This document shows positions 1 through 14,800 of a stretch of 64,000 bases of DNA, piece by piece. The DNA lies in assembly GCA_964016885.1 (NCBI GenBank), contig OZ024747.1, positions 18,104,001-18,168,000 on the forward strand. Direction: 5' to 3'. The stretch comes from Eledone cirrhosa. Lineage: Eukaryota. The position numbers and the translations under genes are program-made. The notes under the pieces were generated by a model, which worked only from the letters and a program-made list of their open reading frames with translations, ran no database searches and was not told where the DNA came from. Each line of letters starts with the position of its first letter. The first letter of the stretch is position 1.

Positions 1-1570
1 CAAAGACCCATCACAGGAACCCTCCATTATATTCAAATTTAATTGAAACAAATGTAACATATTTCATTAGAAATATAGCCAGTTAAAATGTGCTGTTGTT
101 GCCATTTGGCCCCTGGTCAGCTCTGATCAAGCATAATTATATGACCATAAGTGTTTCAGCCAAGACCAGTTAATTTTTCTATGTAATTAAATTGTTATAA
201 TGTAAACCTTCTTTATTTGTGGGTTATTATTGTTTAGCCCTTACTAAGCACATATATGATCAAGTCATGACCATCCAGTCTTTTTAGGTGCATATCTGAC
301 TACATTATTCAATATGTAAAACAGTATGTTATTGTACGATTTGCTTGCTATTTCTAACAGGTCGAACACCCCACATAGAAGCTGCCTCATTGTCTTAAAT
401 TTTCCTTCATTTAGGAATCTAGGGTGTGATTTGGGGACAATTTGGCTTTAATTTCAAGTAGGTCAAGCGACCACATAGATGCTCCCTCGCTGACTCGTTA
501 AAATGTGTATGGACATGATATGTATGACTGAATGTCATTCAGAGTGCCTGGTCAATAAGCCAATCTGTCTGTCTTTTTCTTTAAGCTGATCAATACCAAT
601 TACACGAATGTCCACTTAGCTTAACGTAGATTATTGATTCCATTTAGCCCCTCTTTATACAAAATAATTGTTTTCTCCTTATTCTCCCTTTCAACTAATT
701 TAACATTGATTAATCAAATTTCTATTAACAACATTCGCATTGTTTCCTTATTATTATCATCGTCGTTGTTGTTTCTAGTTTCTTTTCTTTTTTATATTTT
801 TGACAAGAACCAATATATTTTTTCCACCGTTTTCATTCGTGTGTTAAAATGTTGTCTTACACAAGTAGTCTCGCTTCCACTTTGTGTAAACATTAACAAC
901 ACAAATAGCTAATTATACTTCTTGTGGCTACAAAGTCATAAACTTAAATCTATAAGGAGATGGTGTTAGTGCATGTGTGTGCATATGTGTATGTGATTGT
1001 GTGTGTTATTGCGTGTCTGTATTTGTGCATGAGTATGATTCGTATGCGTGTTTTGTGTGTGCAAGCACGTCTGTATGTTTGTGTGCATGTAAGTGGGCAA
1101 GAAAAAGTTGGCTTTTTTTTTTCTAAATTGGCTCAAAGCCACAAATTAGTAAAGAAGAGAAATACTTAATTAAATTGAACTTCGTTAAATATCAAGTAAA
1201 GATCTGATTTACACGCTCCATCCCAACCTCCACATACGTAGAGGAATTAAATGTAAAGTTAACCCCATCAAGATATCACAGTACACAAAGAAACAGAAAT
1301 AAATACAGGAGGTATTAAGTTGGTGCTCTACCACTGTTGATAGTTCAACTGCCCAGTGAGCCAAGGAAGGATCTCGACGGTGTCTTAACACTTTAGTATG
1401 TCGTGAATTGAAGTCAAAATTAATACATTTTTCAGGAATATTTGCCTGTGAAAGTACATTTGAGATTTGGCAACAATTAGACAACACCACATGGCTAGTG
1501 ACATGTATTATGATATTCAATTGCTTATTTATTAATTTAATTGATTTTATGTCATAAACTAAATGTAATT

Positions 1571-1759
1571 AATTGTTTCTACTTTAGGCACAAGGCCAGC
1601 AATTACCCAGTGCATTACTGATACTTTATTTTATCGACCCCGTAAGGATGAAAGGCAAAGTCAACCTCGGCGGGATTTGAACTCAGATCGTAAAGGGACG
1701 TAACTATGCTGGAAAGCATGGCGTCCGACCCTCTACTGATACTGCCAATCCACCGCCCT
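1571..1759 (-). mobile_element. tRNA-derived SINE (family A), full length, with 14-bp TSD
   Basis: A box TGGCAGTATCAG, B box GAGTTCAAATCC, central GCCTTTCATCCTTACGGGGTCGATAAAA; TSD taaatgtaattaat at 1560 and 1760. Confidence 0.92.
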
Positions 1760-2213
1760 TAAATGTAATTAATGTCACGAAAAGGTTTATCAGGTGCTTG
1801 CCATTACAAAAAATATCATATTAGATAATACAGACCTTGAAATAGTCAATCAATCAAATATCCGTATCCTAAGGTGGCTCTAGATAGAAAGCTAGAAACG
1901 AACGCTCTTTCCTAGTTATCAACCATCTTCCATGTCTTTGTATGCATTTTTTTTTTTAATCGAGGATGCAGATATGACTGAGTGGTTAAAAAGCGCACTT
2001 CGCAATGATGAAGTTTCAGCTTTAATCCAACAATGTGACATCTTAGACAAGTAAAAAAAATAACAACAATGGCAGCGGATTCTAATATTTATTTATATAA
2101 CTGTGAATAATAAAAGTTTCATATATGTAAAAAGTGACCACCTTGTCAAAGAGTTGTGTCACTCTGATCTCTAGTATAGCCTGTCATAAAAGACTCTTTA
2201 AGAATGCTTTTAA

Positions 2214-2403
2214 CCCTTTCGTTGTCGTATTTTTAATAAAATACATTGTTTGAATTAATTATTGAAGAATTTGGAGGTATTTACTGAAATCATTATTATA
2301 ACAACAAAAGTAAAATTGTATTCGAAAGTTTTAGTTTAAATACAAACCCTTCCAAATGTTTGAAAAAGTTTGAGCCAGCTTTGGATGGATTGGTATCAAA
2401 GGG
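2214..2403. mobile_element. Diverged piggyBac-type MITE
   Basis: ttaaCCCTTT...AAAGGG ends. Confidence 0.45.
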
Positions 2404-4519
2404 ATTTAAAATCTTGGCGACCCTTTGTCATAGGTATAGGCGATGTAAATAATGACTTCGGTAGTTTCAGAAGTCGTTTATTTTCACTGCATGAAAGATT
2501 TGTGTAAGGACAACATAGCAGGATAAATATAATATAGAAATATAATTTCTCTATTATTATTTTTTTGTGTTATTATAAAATAAAATGTTTTTTTTTTTTT
2601 AAAGTGAAATAAAGTTATGATGAAATAAAACTGGAGTACACTAAACTAGTTATGCTGACTTCAACTGCCATAACCAGAAAGTATGTAGCTAAGTGGGTAC
2701 CATGTTGGACACAAAATCGTAAAGTTCAATTCCCAGATTGAGCGATGTGTTGTGTCCTTGAAGATGACATCTTATTTCACGTTGCTTCAATCCACTCAGC
2801 TGGAAAAGATTAGTTGTACTTCTAATCCAAAAGGCCAGTCTTGTCACACACTGTCACGCTGAATCTTGGAACTGCTCAGTCATTTCCACGTTAATTTCAT
2901 AAGCAGGATGTTCCGTTGATCAAACAACCGAAACATTCATTGTTGTAACGGTCAAAGACCCAACACAGTCATAACCATCACAATGTAATATAAGTTAGGG
3001 AATCCAGATGAACGCAGCTTGACTGAATGCAATCATCAGATCCTGGGTTCAATCCCGCTCTATAGCAAGCATCTTAAGCAACTGTCATTTACCATAGTCT
3101 TGGGTCGCTCCATGCTTTGTGAATGAAACTGGGCAGACAGAAATTATTTGGATGAACTGTATTTGTAAATCAAAGGTCTTGTCTCACACACTGTCATACT
3201 GAATCTCCCTGAGAGTTCACGTGTCCGTTAAGAGTTCACGTGTCTGTGGAATACTTAGCCACTTGCACGTTAATTTCACGGACTGACCGTTCCCTTGATC
3301 GAACAACTGGAATGCTCGTCCTTTAAACCGATGGAGGTTCATTCAAGGGAATCTGGGGGAGATAATTCTTTCTTCCTTTTTTTTTTTTTTTTTTTTTTTT
3401 AAACCAAAGCAAAGCAGACGATATCTATATAGAGCTGAGTGGACGAATGCTGGGCTTTATAGATTTCTTTCTCTCTGCATGGATATTGTGAACTGTTATT
3501 TTCTGTCTGTGTGTTGCCTGAGTCTACCAGAATACTGTGGTTTGCCTTACGGTGTATGCATGTGGAGATTCAAAGGTCGGAATTGCTGCTGGTAAGTACA
3601 GATTTTATTGTGGCAGCCATTATTTAACAGTGCATGATATCAGTTGAATTTTTGCAAGATTCAATACGGACTTTACTGGGTGCTTTCTACTCTCTTGGAT
3701 CCCCGAACCACTTCCCTACTCACAGTAGAGCTGTGTTAACCATCAAGCGCATGCTTGCAGCACCAAGGGAACAGGGCACCATTTATTGGAATTAAATGTA
3801 TTTGTCATTTAATTTTTTCTCAACGGCTTCAAAATGACTTAGTTCGGCATTGACACTCTGCGATCGGGATGGAGATGGCTATCTACAAGAACAAACATCG
3901 TGAGTTAGACGAGTGTTTTCAGTGCATCTCTTTTGCCATCTTCTGGGGTAACTCATTCGACATTTTGTCCGCAAAGGGCCGTGAAGTAATAACAATAAAT
4001 TATTTATTATTTTGAGATCGGTCGATTGCAAGACGTTAATTAATGCTAGACCCAACAAAATATTTAATTATAAGTGAAACAATTTTACCCCAATCCCACC
4101 AAATCAGAGAAGTCATCTTATACCTATAATATTTTTTTTTCTAATCATTTGCTGTTGTGGCATTTTACTACATGACATGATAAACTATTCTCCGGGAAAA
4201 AAGTTGATTCCGAGCATCTTGGAAGTTAGAATGAAACAGTTCTAGTCCTGTAGAAGCCATTTCTATATTAGATATTTATACTCTGCTATGTATTGAGTAC
4301 CTTACTTACTGTGGTTACCCCCCGATTTAACTCAGGATACACACACACATATATATATAATTGGCTAATCACGACTGGAATGCCATTGACTATAGGTATG
4401 TTCGATTAGAATTGATCTAGAGCTAAACAATAACACCTGCATTTTGAAGCAGGTTTTCGGCGGGGGGGGGGTCTTTGGCTATTTTTGCAAATCTGTAGCT
4501 GCTATCAAAGGAAGTGCCA

Positions 4520-5202
4520 TGTATATAATTTTAGTAAGTAAGAAAGAAGACAGGACTCTGGTCCCATCAGAAAAGTGGCCGTGTTCAATATGTAGAAAAG
4601 GGATAGATGGAAACTTTATACGAGGTACACAATGTAAATGTAGTGGGATTGTAGACAGACTAACAGAAAAGGTACACATTGTACTTAGGAGATGCACTGG
4701 AATGGTTGGTGGTAATAAGAGCCCCAGTGAAATAGACTTTTTCCAAGCCTGAGAAGGCTCCTGCTCTGAAAATATAGTAGCTAGAGTAAGAACAGGATGA
4801 GTAAAAGTATTGGCAACAAAAGGCCGGCTGTATGATACCCTGCATGCGAAAGTACGATGTTGTATGGTAGTGAGACATGGGCAGTGATATGAGGAGGCTG
4901 AAGAGTAATTAATCGAGCACATTTCGGTGACTGTGTTATGTTAATGTGCATTAACGGCGAAGCAAGAGAGAAGACTGCGCTGGTATGTACATGTGGTTAG
5001 TATAGATCATGATCGTTAGGTGAAAAAGTACTAAAAGTTCCACATGGGCAGAACCGGTGAGAGCAGATCTCAAAACGCTGAACCCCACGGGAAAGAAGAC
5101 TAAGGTAAATAATAAGTAGAGTGGGGTTGTGCTGGAAAACACCTTTCCAACCTATGTAAGCTTGGAAAAGGGAACGTAAAAAAGGAGTATGACGATGATG
5201 AT
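4520..5202 (+). mobile_element. Degenerate RTE-group LINE 3' fragment
   Basis: 'KWPCSICRKG...IRGTQC' segment; (GAT)n tail. Confidence 0.65.
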
Positions 5203-5798
5203 GTGTGTAATATAATAAACGGTTAAGATTTTGTTTAAATATATGATAAACTTAATACCTTAATACTATAAGCTGGAAATGACTCAGGTCAGATATGAAA
5301 TGTGCCCCCCCGCCGACCACCACCACCACAATTACCACCAGCAAACTGATAATAGGTCCAGTCAGATATAAAATGTGGACTCCATTTCAAAGTGGTCATT
5401 ATGTGTTAAATACATATGATTTAGATTGGTTTCCATGTATATACATGGTTTAACCTATAAGTAAAAGAATGAACAGAGTAAAAAAAAAACTAAAATTTGA
5501 GACTAAGGCACACACACAGGCCTCAAAATCGTAGGCCCACGCCAATTGACTCGCCCCCACTTACCTCTGGCCTGTGTTCATAAAAAATAAACAATTTTTT
5601 TTTTTGGGGGGGGGGGAATGCACCCATTACCCAATGGAATTTTATCAGATTATTGTTTGTCAGAATGCCGCTTCTTCATACTTGATAGAAACAATAACAA
5701 CAACAATGACAGCAATCTAAGGAAGTAAAAGTAATGTGTCGAAAAACAGCAAATGAATGAATGAATAAATAATAGAAGCAAGAAAGTCACTACTTCAC

Positions 5799-5813
5799 CT
5801 GTGTATTGGCCAT
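5799..5813 (-). CDS. Candidate first coding micro-exon (MANTQ) of an unidentified neighbouring gene running off the left edge
   Basis: Strong Kozak context gccATGG followed by CAG|GTGAAG donor; CCAAT/CRE-like motifs upstream at ~6340-6367. Confidence 0.35.
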
Positions 5814-6132
5814 GGCGTAACGAACCTTTTCCGTTTCATTAACAAATAGCGTGTACAACCAGATGTCTCTCTTCTATCTTTTAAACCGAATGCATCTTAT
5901 TTATTTTGTGTCTATGTCTATATACATATATAGCAGACGTGAGTGTGTTTGTATTCTTTTTTTTTTGTTTATTTATTTTTTATTTACTTGGACTGTATAA
6001 ATATTTAAACGACCATTATTAACGAAAGAGAAATAAAAAAAAAATCACCTGTTGATATATACACTAACTATAACTGACAGTTATGAGCAGCAACACATAG
6101 TAACAAAATATAACAAAACAGTCTTACTTAGT

Positions 6133-6169
<37 letters not shown>

Positions 6170-9100
6170 GATAGATACACATACATATATATGTGTGTGT
6201 ATATAAGTATCTATCTATATATATATATAATAGAAACACGGCACACATAAAACGCTGACAGTTGCTAGGACACAACAAAGCGTTATATATATATATTTTT
6301 TTATTTTATTTGTTAGTTCCTTGGTTGTCATTTTGGTCATTGGACACCCTCCCCCTCCTACGTCACCAAACCAAGCGCTAATTCGTTCTCACAGTATGTG
6401 TATACTTATACAGACATACAATCACTTAGCCATGCGCTCACACATGCGTGTGTATATATACATACACATATACATACATACATATATACATACATACATA
6501 CACATACATACATATATAAAGGCCCAGTTTTGCACGCGGTCTGCATACACATTTTTCATACATATATACACAAACACCAAACACATACGTGTGTGTGTAT
6601 GCAAACGCCGTGCAAAACTGGGCCTTTTCATAAACCCAGGCCAGATGTGAAATGCAGGCCCCATTTCTAACTGCTAATTAAGTACTTTAGTAATCAATGC
6701 TAATTGCATGATTTATGTGTAGGTTACAGGCATATACATGTGTATATAATGTATTTATAAGTAACGGGCCTACCTCAGGTCTGGGTGTACATATATAATG
6801 GCTAAGTGGTGAGCCTTTGTTTACTCTGGAATTTCATCGGCACATTCGCAAGATCAGACAAGACTTTGATTTAAAATTTTAAAATTTAAAATTTAAACTC
6901 CATTTCTGTGTTGAGCACTCAATCTCATGTCCGCAATAATACTTATATATATAACAGTAATGCCCAAGCCTTGCTACACTGTAGATTGGAACAAGCAAAA
7001 GAGTAATATATATATATATATATCAATAATATTAATAAATGGAAGCTATCTTTATAAAACCATATTTATTTTATTATATATATTTCAAGGGTACCAAAAT
7101 TTTGGTACGCTCTCATCATGTTGTGAGTTCTATTTGAATAGAATATATATGTCTGTATGTGTGTGTGTTCACATAAATACATTTACACATGCATATATAC
7201 ATATTCACACAAAAACTAGATTAAGCATTTATATATAGACTAACATTGACACACACACACATTTGAGCTTTGGCTCAAGGCCACAATTTTAGAGGTATGG
7301 GGTGGACATAACTGAATCAACAATGAGCCTACAGATGAACTTTCAAGGTGCAGGCCCATGGTCTCACAAGACACAGAGGCCCTGGAAAATGTTTCTTATA
7401 CATGTGTTATACACAGCCATTCTTGTACATTAGATATAGCATATTTTAATTCTCCTTTATAGCCTATATAACACAGAATTATGCTTCTTAGACTCCTCTC
7501 ATCTATTTTCCATGCTTGTGTGGGTTAGATGGGCTGTCATGTTATGGGGCCCAGATAACCACGTTTTGTTCATATGCTCCATTTTGGGCTTGATGCCTTC
7601 CCTAATGCCAACTAATATACAGCTTGGACTGGAAGTTTTTTTCGTGGCACCTAAAGAATTTTGTCAAGGAAAATTCCTTGAAGTTCTTCATTACTTCCAA
7701 CAACAATTTCAGAGCAGTCCATGATTGTTTCTGCTTTCTAAAGTTTTGTTTGCCAGTCAGCCTAAGAGGCAGGAAATTGGCATGTTAGGGTATTACAAAA
7801 TGTTTTGTGGTATTTTATTCTGGCTCTCTTAGTTCATATCCCAAACAAGGTCAACAAAATTGTCTTTTATTTATTCAAGACTAAAAAAAATAAAGTTAAC
7901 AGTCCAGGGTAGTGAATTGATGTAATTGTTACAACCTTGGACAATGTTGAGGTTTTTTCACCATGTCTTTCCATTCTGAGTTTAAATTTCATAGATGGCA
8001 AGCTTAATCCATTAATTGGTTTAACAATACATCCTGGCTCTTAGGTGCCTTTAGTAGAATCCATTGTTGCAAGCAGAACACTTTCCTCTCTCCTTATCAC
8101 CAGTCTCAGAGGCACTGCCCTTGCCATACCCTGACCTATTATTGAAAAACTTTTCATAGGTATGTTCATAAAGCTAACCTAGGTCTTAACTGTAAGAATA
8201 ACATTTTGTTATATACAAGCAAGTCAAAGGTGCAATGCAAGTTTGATTTTAATGTGGGCCCTTCCAAGAGCCAAATCTCCCTCATTTTATATAAAACTGG
8301 ACATATTGTTAAAAAGATGAGGTGATAATGGCTAACAGTGTTAAAGAGGAATATGTGATAAACTAGGCAGGCAATGGAATAAATCAAACACCACCACCTA
8401 GCCCTGAAGTGATTTTAATAGAGTCCAATCCATTGCAAGCATTCGGTCAGTTCTCCAGTTTATAGATACCCCCCACACTCCAAGTCACAGATGCTAATAA
8501 ATTTTTTTTTTAATGATCCAACCAGGCAAACTACTGCTTTAATGGTGATCTATGTTATGGGTAACAAAACTAACTTCAATACTTTAGAAATCTACCATCA
8601 TAGCTGTATTATTGATTGAATTGCAAAAGAAAACAAATATGTAAATTTATGTAATCAGGTTTTTTTAATTTTTTCTTAATATCAACATAATATAATATAA
8701 TATCAGCAGCTTAATACTCAATATTACAGAATATCAAAGAAACTTTATGATACTTAGCATCTATTTAAATATATAAAAATGTTTATAATATATTTGATTT
8801 ACCTTTCAACACCCCACTTCTTAAAATAATAAAGCATAGATAACATATATACAGCAAAATAAGATGAAGGGAGGAGATAATCAATGATGTTTTGCTTCAG
8901 TTTTCTGTCAATAAAAAACATGCAGTATACAATAGTGTTAAATGACTGGCTGAAACATGTCAGTTGATAAGAAAATAAGAAATTGGTCATATAGCCAGTG
9001 GAAATAAATTTCAGCTGCACAGAGATGTTTTAAAAAATAGTAATAATTCAACAAATGTATCTACCAAACACATACATGGCAAGTAATAACCTGATTGCTT

Positions 9101-9515
9101 GTATTAAAATAAAAAAGCCATCACTCTTTGGCAATTTTGATTTTTCACTTTCACATAAGGTCATAGATTTGTAGGGAAACATTCCCAAGTATATTATGAA
9201 TTGTATTTTTATTACCTCCAATGTGGTGACATTTGAATGCAAAGTGATGCAATTATTTCTCTATGCCCAAAGTTTTTCTTGAGCCTAGATGCTTATCAGG
9301 TTGGAGCTTTCTCCTCCCTGATTTTAAGCAATTATGAGTCCATTGCAATGTTATATCTACCCAACTAGAGCAGTGATAGACCAAGTAATTATTTTTCAAA
9401 ATGAAACAAATTAAGCAATTTTCTTGGTTGATATCAAAAAGGTTTGTTTTAAAATCTTCAATATTCATATAGAACTCTCCTCTCGTAAGTTTATGTAAGA
9501 ACCTTTCATTAGTTA

Positions 9516-9675
9516 CCGTACTTCCCGGTGTTGAAGACGCTACTTTTTTCCTAAAATAGGTCTCAATAATCTACCATGTGTCTTAGAGGCCGAAGGTTTA
9601 TTTTTTTCCAAATTTTTGGTTGTCAAAATTAGGATGCACCCTCAAGGCCAGTGTCTTCAGCACCAGGAAATACGG
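9516..9675. mobile_element. Tc1/pogo-type MITE
   Basis: TA|CCGTACTTCCCGGTG...CACCAGGAAATACGG|TA. Confidence 0.75.
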
Positions 9676-11187
9676 TATGTTCCAAACACGTTAATTTTTT
9701 TAATACCAATACATACAAAAATTTGGTTATATTAAGAAATCTCTCCAAATTCTTCATTATTTGCATAATGTAAGGAAACTTATCCTGTAATATTTCAACC
9801 ATATCCATAACTTTTCGATTAACAAAACAACACTACTGTGGAGAATTTAGCATATTCTGTTTTGGAAAGAATTTAGTCTGACACTATTTCTGCTGAATTA
9901 GCACCATTAACAAAGTTTGTAATTAAACCTTTTTTACTCAGCAGCATGCACCAAATTTGTTATTGTAATGTTAAGTGTTTCAAACCATTGTATATTACTG
10001 GTTCTTGAGCCTAGCTCATCTGGATGGAATTTTCCCCCAGTTTCTTGTAGTGTTAAACAACTTAGAGTATATGACAACCCCCATCACTTCCAATACTCAT
10101 TTATTTCAGCTGAGTGCACTGGAGCGGTGTGAAATGAAGTAGTGCCTTGCTCAAGGACACAACATGCCATCCAATCCAAAAGTCAAATTCACAAACTTAC
10201 AATTGTGAGCCTAACAGTTAGTACTTATTCAGAAGTTTAATACTGCAATGTATTTAAGCTAACATTACTGTTTCACAGATCTAACTGTTTTTTAATTAAA
10301 TCTCTCGGGTCTCAAATAATTGTCCACCTCTTAATGTTTTAGATATCTCCACCCCCACCCTTTTATTAAATTGTGCTAATCCAGCGAAATTTTATTTTAA
10401 GTGGTAGCATTCCACCAACAATTAATTTTCTTTAGACAATAAAAAAAAGAACATTACAAGAAATCCCATACGTTATAAAATAAATAGGATGGGTTGGTGT
10501 CTCAATATGTAAACTAAACGACTAATTCTAATTTAACTATTTAAAAAAAAAAAAATTCAAGGGAGACAACTTAGAAAAAGTATCGATTCGCCCCCCCACC
10601 CATTATTTAGGACCTGAAAATAGCTTGTTTGTTAAGAACAGGTCAACAAACTAAAATTGATTTTACCCACATATTATTGTTAGTTTCATTTACATTACCA
10701 TTTCTAAAATGAATGAAAATGCAAGTCATAAACCCATGATGGTAGGGTTTTGAATTAAAAAATAGATAGATACCAATGTTGATTTTTTAACTAAACAATC
10801 TCAATGTTCATGAAGATGAGGGAAGGGGAGATACATTCAATGTTGAGTGAGCAGGTTATAGTGCTGGCACTCGTTTTATTCCCTTCCACATTATACCCCA
10901 CATAACGAATGAAAAGCAAAGCTGACATTAGCAATGTTTTAACCCCAAACACTTATGATTCCATACAAAATATTGACTGTAATAAGGGCTAAAGCTCTAC
11001 TCCAGTTTCTTATATGAGAATGGAAAGTTGTAATGTTCATGCCTTTCACAAGGGCATCATTAGCAGTTCAATGCTGGTTGTATTATTATTTAGAAAAAGG
11101 AGGAAAAAAAGTCATGGGTTTCTTTTAACTCTTTCAGCTTCAAAAATGTGTGGATGGCACAAGGAAAAAGAAATTATTTATAATAAT

Positions 11188-11371
11188 AATTGTTTCTACT
11201 TTTGGCACAAGGCCAGGATATACCCAGTGCATTACTGGTACTTTATTTTATCGACCCCGTAAGGATGAAAGGCAAAGTCAACCTCGGCAGGATTTGAACT
11301 CAGATCGTAAAGGGACGTAACTATGCTGGAAAGCATGGCGTCCGACCCTCTACCGATACTGCCAATCCACC
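11188..11371 (-). mobile_element. SINE family A in the RIF1 3' UTR region
   Basis: Near-identical to the 1571 copy; flanked by tataataataat. Confidence 0.92.
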
Positions 11372-11449
11372 ACGGTATAATAATAATAATAAACACGAGG
11401 GGACGGGGTCAGATTTCAATGTTTTAAGCTTTTGCAGTTATTAGCTTCT

Positions 11450-11886
11450 TCAATCATTTTGTGGTTTAGCTGTTTCTGGAATAACTGCTTCCATGGTGGA
11501 CTTTAAAAGATGCTGCAAATGTGAATGAGCTTGGAGGATATCAGAATAACCTAACAGTCTGATTTCTCTGGAAGAGAATCTTTCTAACAAAAGCTTTAAT
11601 GTTGGTAAGAATTCTATATCTTTCTGTACAGAAATGTCTTTAAGTAGTTTAGATTCTTGCAAACTGGTGTTACTATGGCCTGGTTGTGATGGCAGAAGGT
11701 GGTTGACATCAAAACCTTGTGAAACTTGGGAATGTTTGTCGCCAGTCAAATCATCTTTGAAAAATTTCAAAGAATTGGATGTTTTCTCTAGTTCTTGAAC
11801 TGATAAGGAAAGCTTTTTGACTTCTTGAAGCAATGCACTGGAATGTTCCAAAATAGAGTTAACATCTTCCTCAACAGTACTGACAT
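11450..11886 (-). CDS. RIF1: RIF1 last coding exon (CIII-like helical C-terminus, TGA stop)
   Basis: Acceptor at 11887-11888; 'LLLERFSSREIRLLGYSDILQAHSHLQHLL' fits the RIF1 CIII pattern. Confidence 0.88.
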
Positions 11887-14800
11887 CTGTAAAAATAAAT
11901 AATAAGAAAATACATTAGATGATTAGATAAAAAGACAATTTACAGTGGTGAATCCCACATCATTATTTTGTTTTTTTTTCATCATCAGTCACTTTAACGT
12001 CTGCTTTCCCTGCTAGCAAGGATTGTACAGATCCATATAGAACAAGTACGTACTGAAGCAGAGCCACTGATCTCCCAAGCAAGCCAGAGATGTGTGTCTC
12101 ACTTATGTACGGTCTCACATTCCATCGAGTGTTCGGGAAAGGTTGTTAGCCTTTGACTCAACTGAGGGTCCTCTCAACCCTTTCTTTGGCAAGATTTCTA
12201 TAGCTGGTTTCCATTCCTATAGCTAACCACTTTACAGTGTACTATGTGCATTTATCATGTAAATATATACATTTTCTGGGGGATAATGATCAGCTGAGTT
12301 GATCAATGAATCAGTGAAGTTGCTTTTATGTAACTACTTGACCTGCTACAAATGACAGGCAAATCTCCCTCAAATCACACTGTTGTCTTATAAAACAACA
12401 GACAGAGTATAAAAAGACAGGATGGTTACAGCTGGAATGCCACTGATCATGTGGCTAAATTATTATAATAATAAATTACCTCTGTCATCATCATCTTCAA
12501 AAATATCTTCATCTTGCTCATCTTCATCTTGCTCATCTTCACTTAGGTTATTTGTTTCTGAGCAAACTGGTTTTATTGGAGAGCATGAAACCTCAGACCT
12601 GCTAAGTGAAACTTCTTTAATGTTTTTATCTTCCGTACAAGTTTTAGATTTCACAGGCGTACTAGCTGCTTCAGGGTTGACAACTGGAATTAGCGTAGTT
12701 GTAAATGCTGAAGAAATATCTCGCTTAACACAAGGTTCTCCCTGTCCAACATCACAGCTTGGAGGCTGTGTTAATTGGGATTCTGGAGATGGAACTTTCT
12801 GGTGAACAGTGGTAATGGAAATTTCTTTCTCTTCATTCCCTGTAATGTCTTTCTCATTCTCCATCACACTGTCTTCTTCAAAGTCTAACTTTAGTGAAGA
12901 CTGTGAGGATTCAAATTCTGGCACTATAAAAAGAATGACATATATGTATATAAATGAATTCTGAGATAACCTGTTCTGGGTAACATGGTAAGGCTTAGAA
13001 TAAAAGTAATCAAAGAATACATTTTATTGGACCCAGTTTTAATATATTCTCACACACACACACACACACACACACACTTTAGCTGTTTTCCATGCTGGCA
13101 TAGATGGAATGGATCACTACTTAATCTGAGCTACTGTCCTCATTGACATACTGAGGCACCATGTCTCAATATTTTTCTTTTGGCATGTTTTCTACAGCTG
13201 GATGCCCTTCATAAAATCAATAACTTTAAAGAGTACTGTGTGCATTTTATTGTGGCACCAACACTAAGGAGATTGTCATGTCATTGATGTGACTGAAGAG
13301 TCTTTCCTAAGTAGTTTTTGATTTAAATGAATACTCAGTGTCAAAACTTACAAAGATCCACTAACTTTACTTAATACAAAAAGAACACAGTAAGATCTTT
13401 CTTGAGAGCAACAGACATCAAATTCCCACCAAAACAGTTAGAGTCATGTTAACCTTTTGTGATATACATGCAAGTTTTATTGTTTTCAATATCATCGGTG
13501 GTACTTTTATGAAGACAACCACATATACCAAATTCCTAAAAAGAATTAATAACCATTGAGATAGTTGTATTTCCTAAATATTTGTTATCACTGAACTAGT
13601 CATGTTGTTACCGTTATTTTGTATCCACCAAAATTGACTATCATGAGATTTAGTTCCAAAACAAAGCTATGTAACCAAGTACAGCAATGCATTTAGTTTG
13701 TTACCCTTAGCATTTTTACTACCAATAATGTCTTACAGACCAGAAATGTAAGGAATGGATGGGTGAAATGAATCAAATCAATCTCAATACTGCTACTTAT
13801 TTTAACATCATTTGTTAGGCATCCACATTCTTTATGGCCTGCAAAAATAAATACCAATCATGTATAGGGGTGGGTAAGGGGATAGCCAACTATATTGCTT
13901 TCTTTTCCTAAAAGTTTGTGGCTTTGTGTTAATATAAAAATAAACATTTAATTTCAGTTTAGATAATTTTAAAACGTCATATAAGAACACAAAAATGCCA
14001 CTTACTTTCTTGTAAGAAAGATTCTTTATCTTCAACTATCTGTGCTGCTGTGTTCTCTTCAGCTTCAGGGGATGGAACTGTACTCTTTTCTGCTTCAGGG
14101 GATGGATCTGTAGTTTTCTCTTCTTCAGTGGATGGTTCTGTAGTTTTCTCTTCTTCGGTGGATGGATCTGTAGTTTTCTCTTCTGCTTCAGGAGATGGAT
14201 CTGTAGTTTTCTCTTCTGCTTCAGGAGATGGATCTGTAGTTTTCTCTTCTTCAGTGGATGGATCTATAGTTTTCTCTTCTGCTTCAGGGGATGGGTCTGT
14301 AGTTTTCTCTTCTGCTTCAGGGGATGGATCTATAGTTTTCTCTTCTGCTTCAGTGGATGGGTCTGTAGTTTTCTCTTCCGCTTCAGGGGATGGATCTGTA
14401 GTTTTCTCTTCTGCTTCAGGGGATGGATCTGTAGTTTTCTCTTCTGCTTCAGGGGATGGATCTGTAGTTTTCTCTTCTGCTTCAGGGGATGGGTCTATAG
14501 TTTTCTCTTCTGCTTCAGGGGATGGGTCTGTAATTTTCTCTTTTGCGTCAGGGGATGGATCTGTAGTTTTCTCTTCTGCTTCAAGGGATGGATCTGTAAT
14601 TCTCTCTTCTGCTTGAACAGATGGAGCAGTAATTTTCTCTTTTGTCTCAGCAGATGGGGTTGTGGATTTCTTTTCTGCTTCAGTTGTTGGATCTTTGGTT
14701 TTTTCTTCTGCCTCAGGAGATGGATCTGAAGTGTTTTTATCTACTTCAGAAGATTGTTCTGTGGTTTTCTCCTCTGGCTTAGATGATTCTGCAATTTTCT

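Noticed and set aside
1209-1520. 103-aa minus-strand ORF
   Set aside because: Non-ATG start, no homology recognised, no clear splice boundaries
3377-3990. Poly-T followed by complex sequence, possible retrocopy or exon (ggtaagt near 3590)
   Set aside because: No recognisable protein, TSD or supported exon chain
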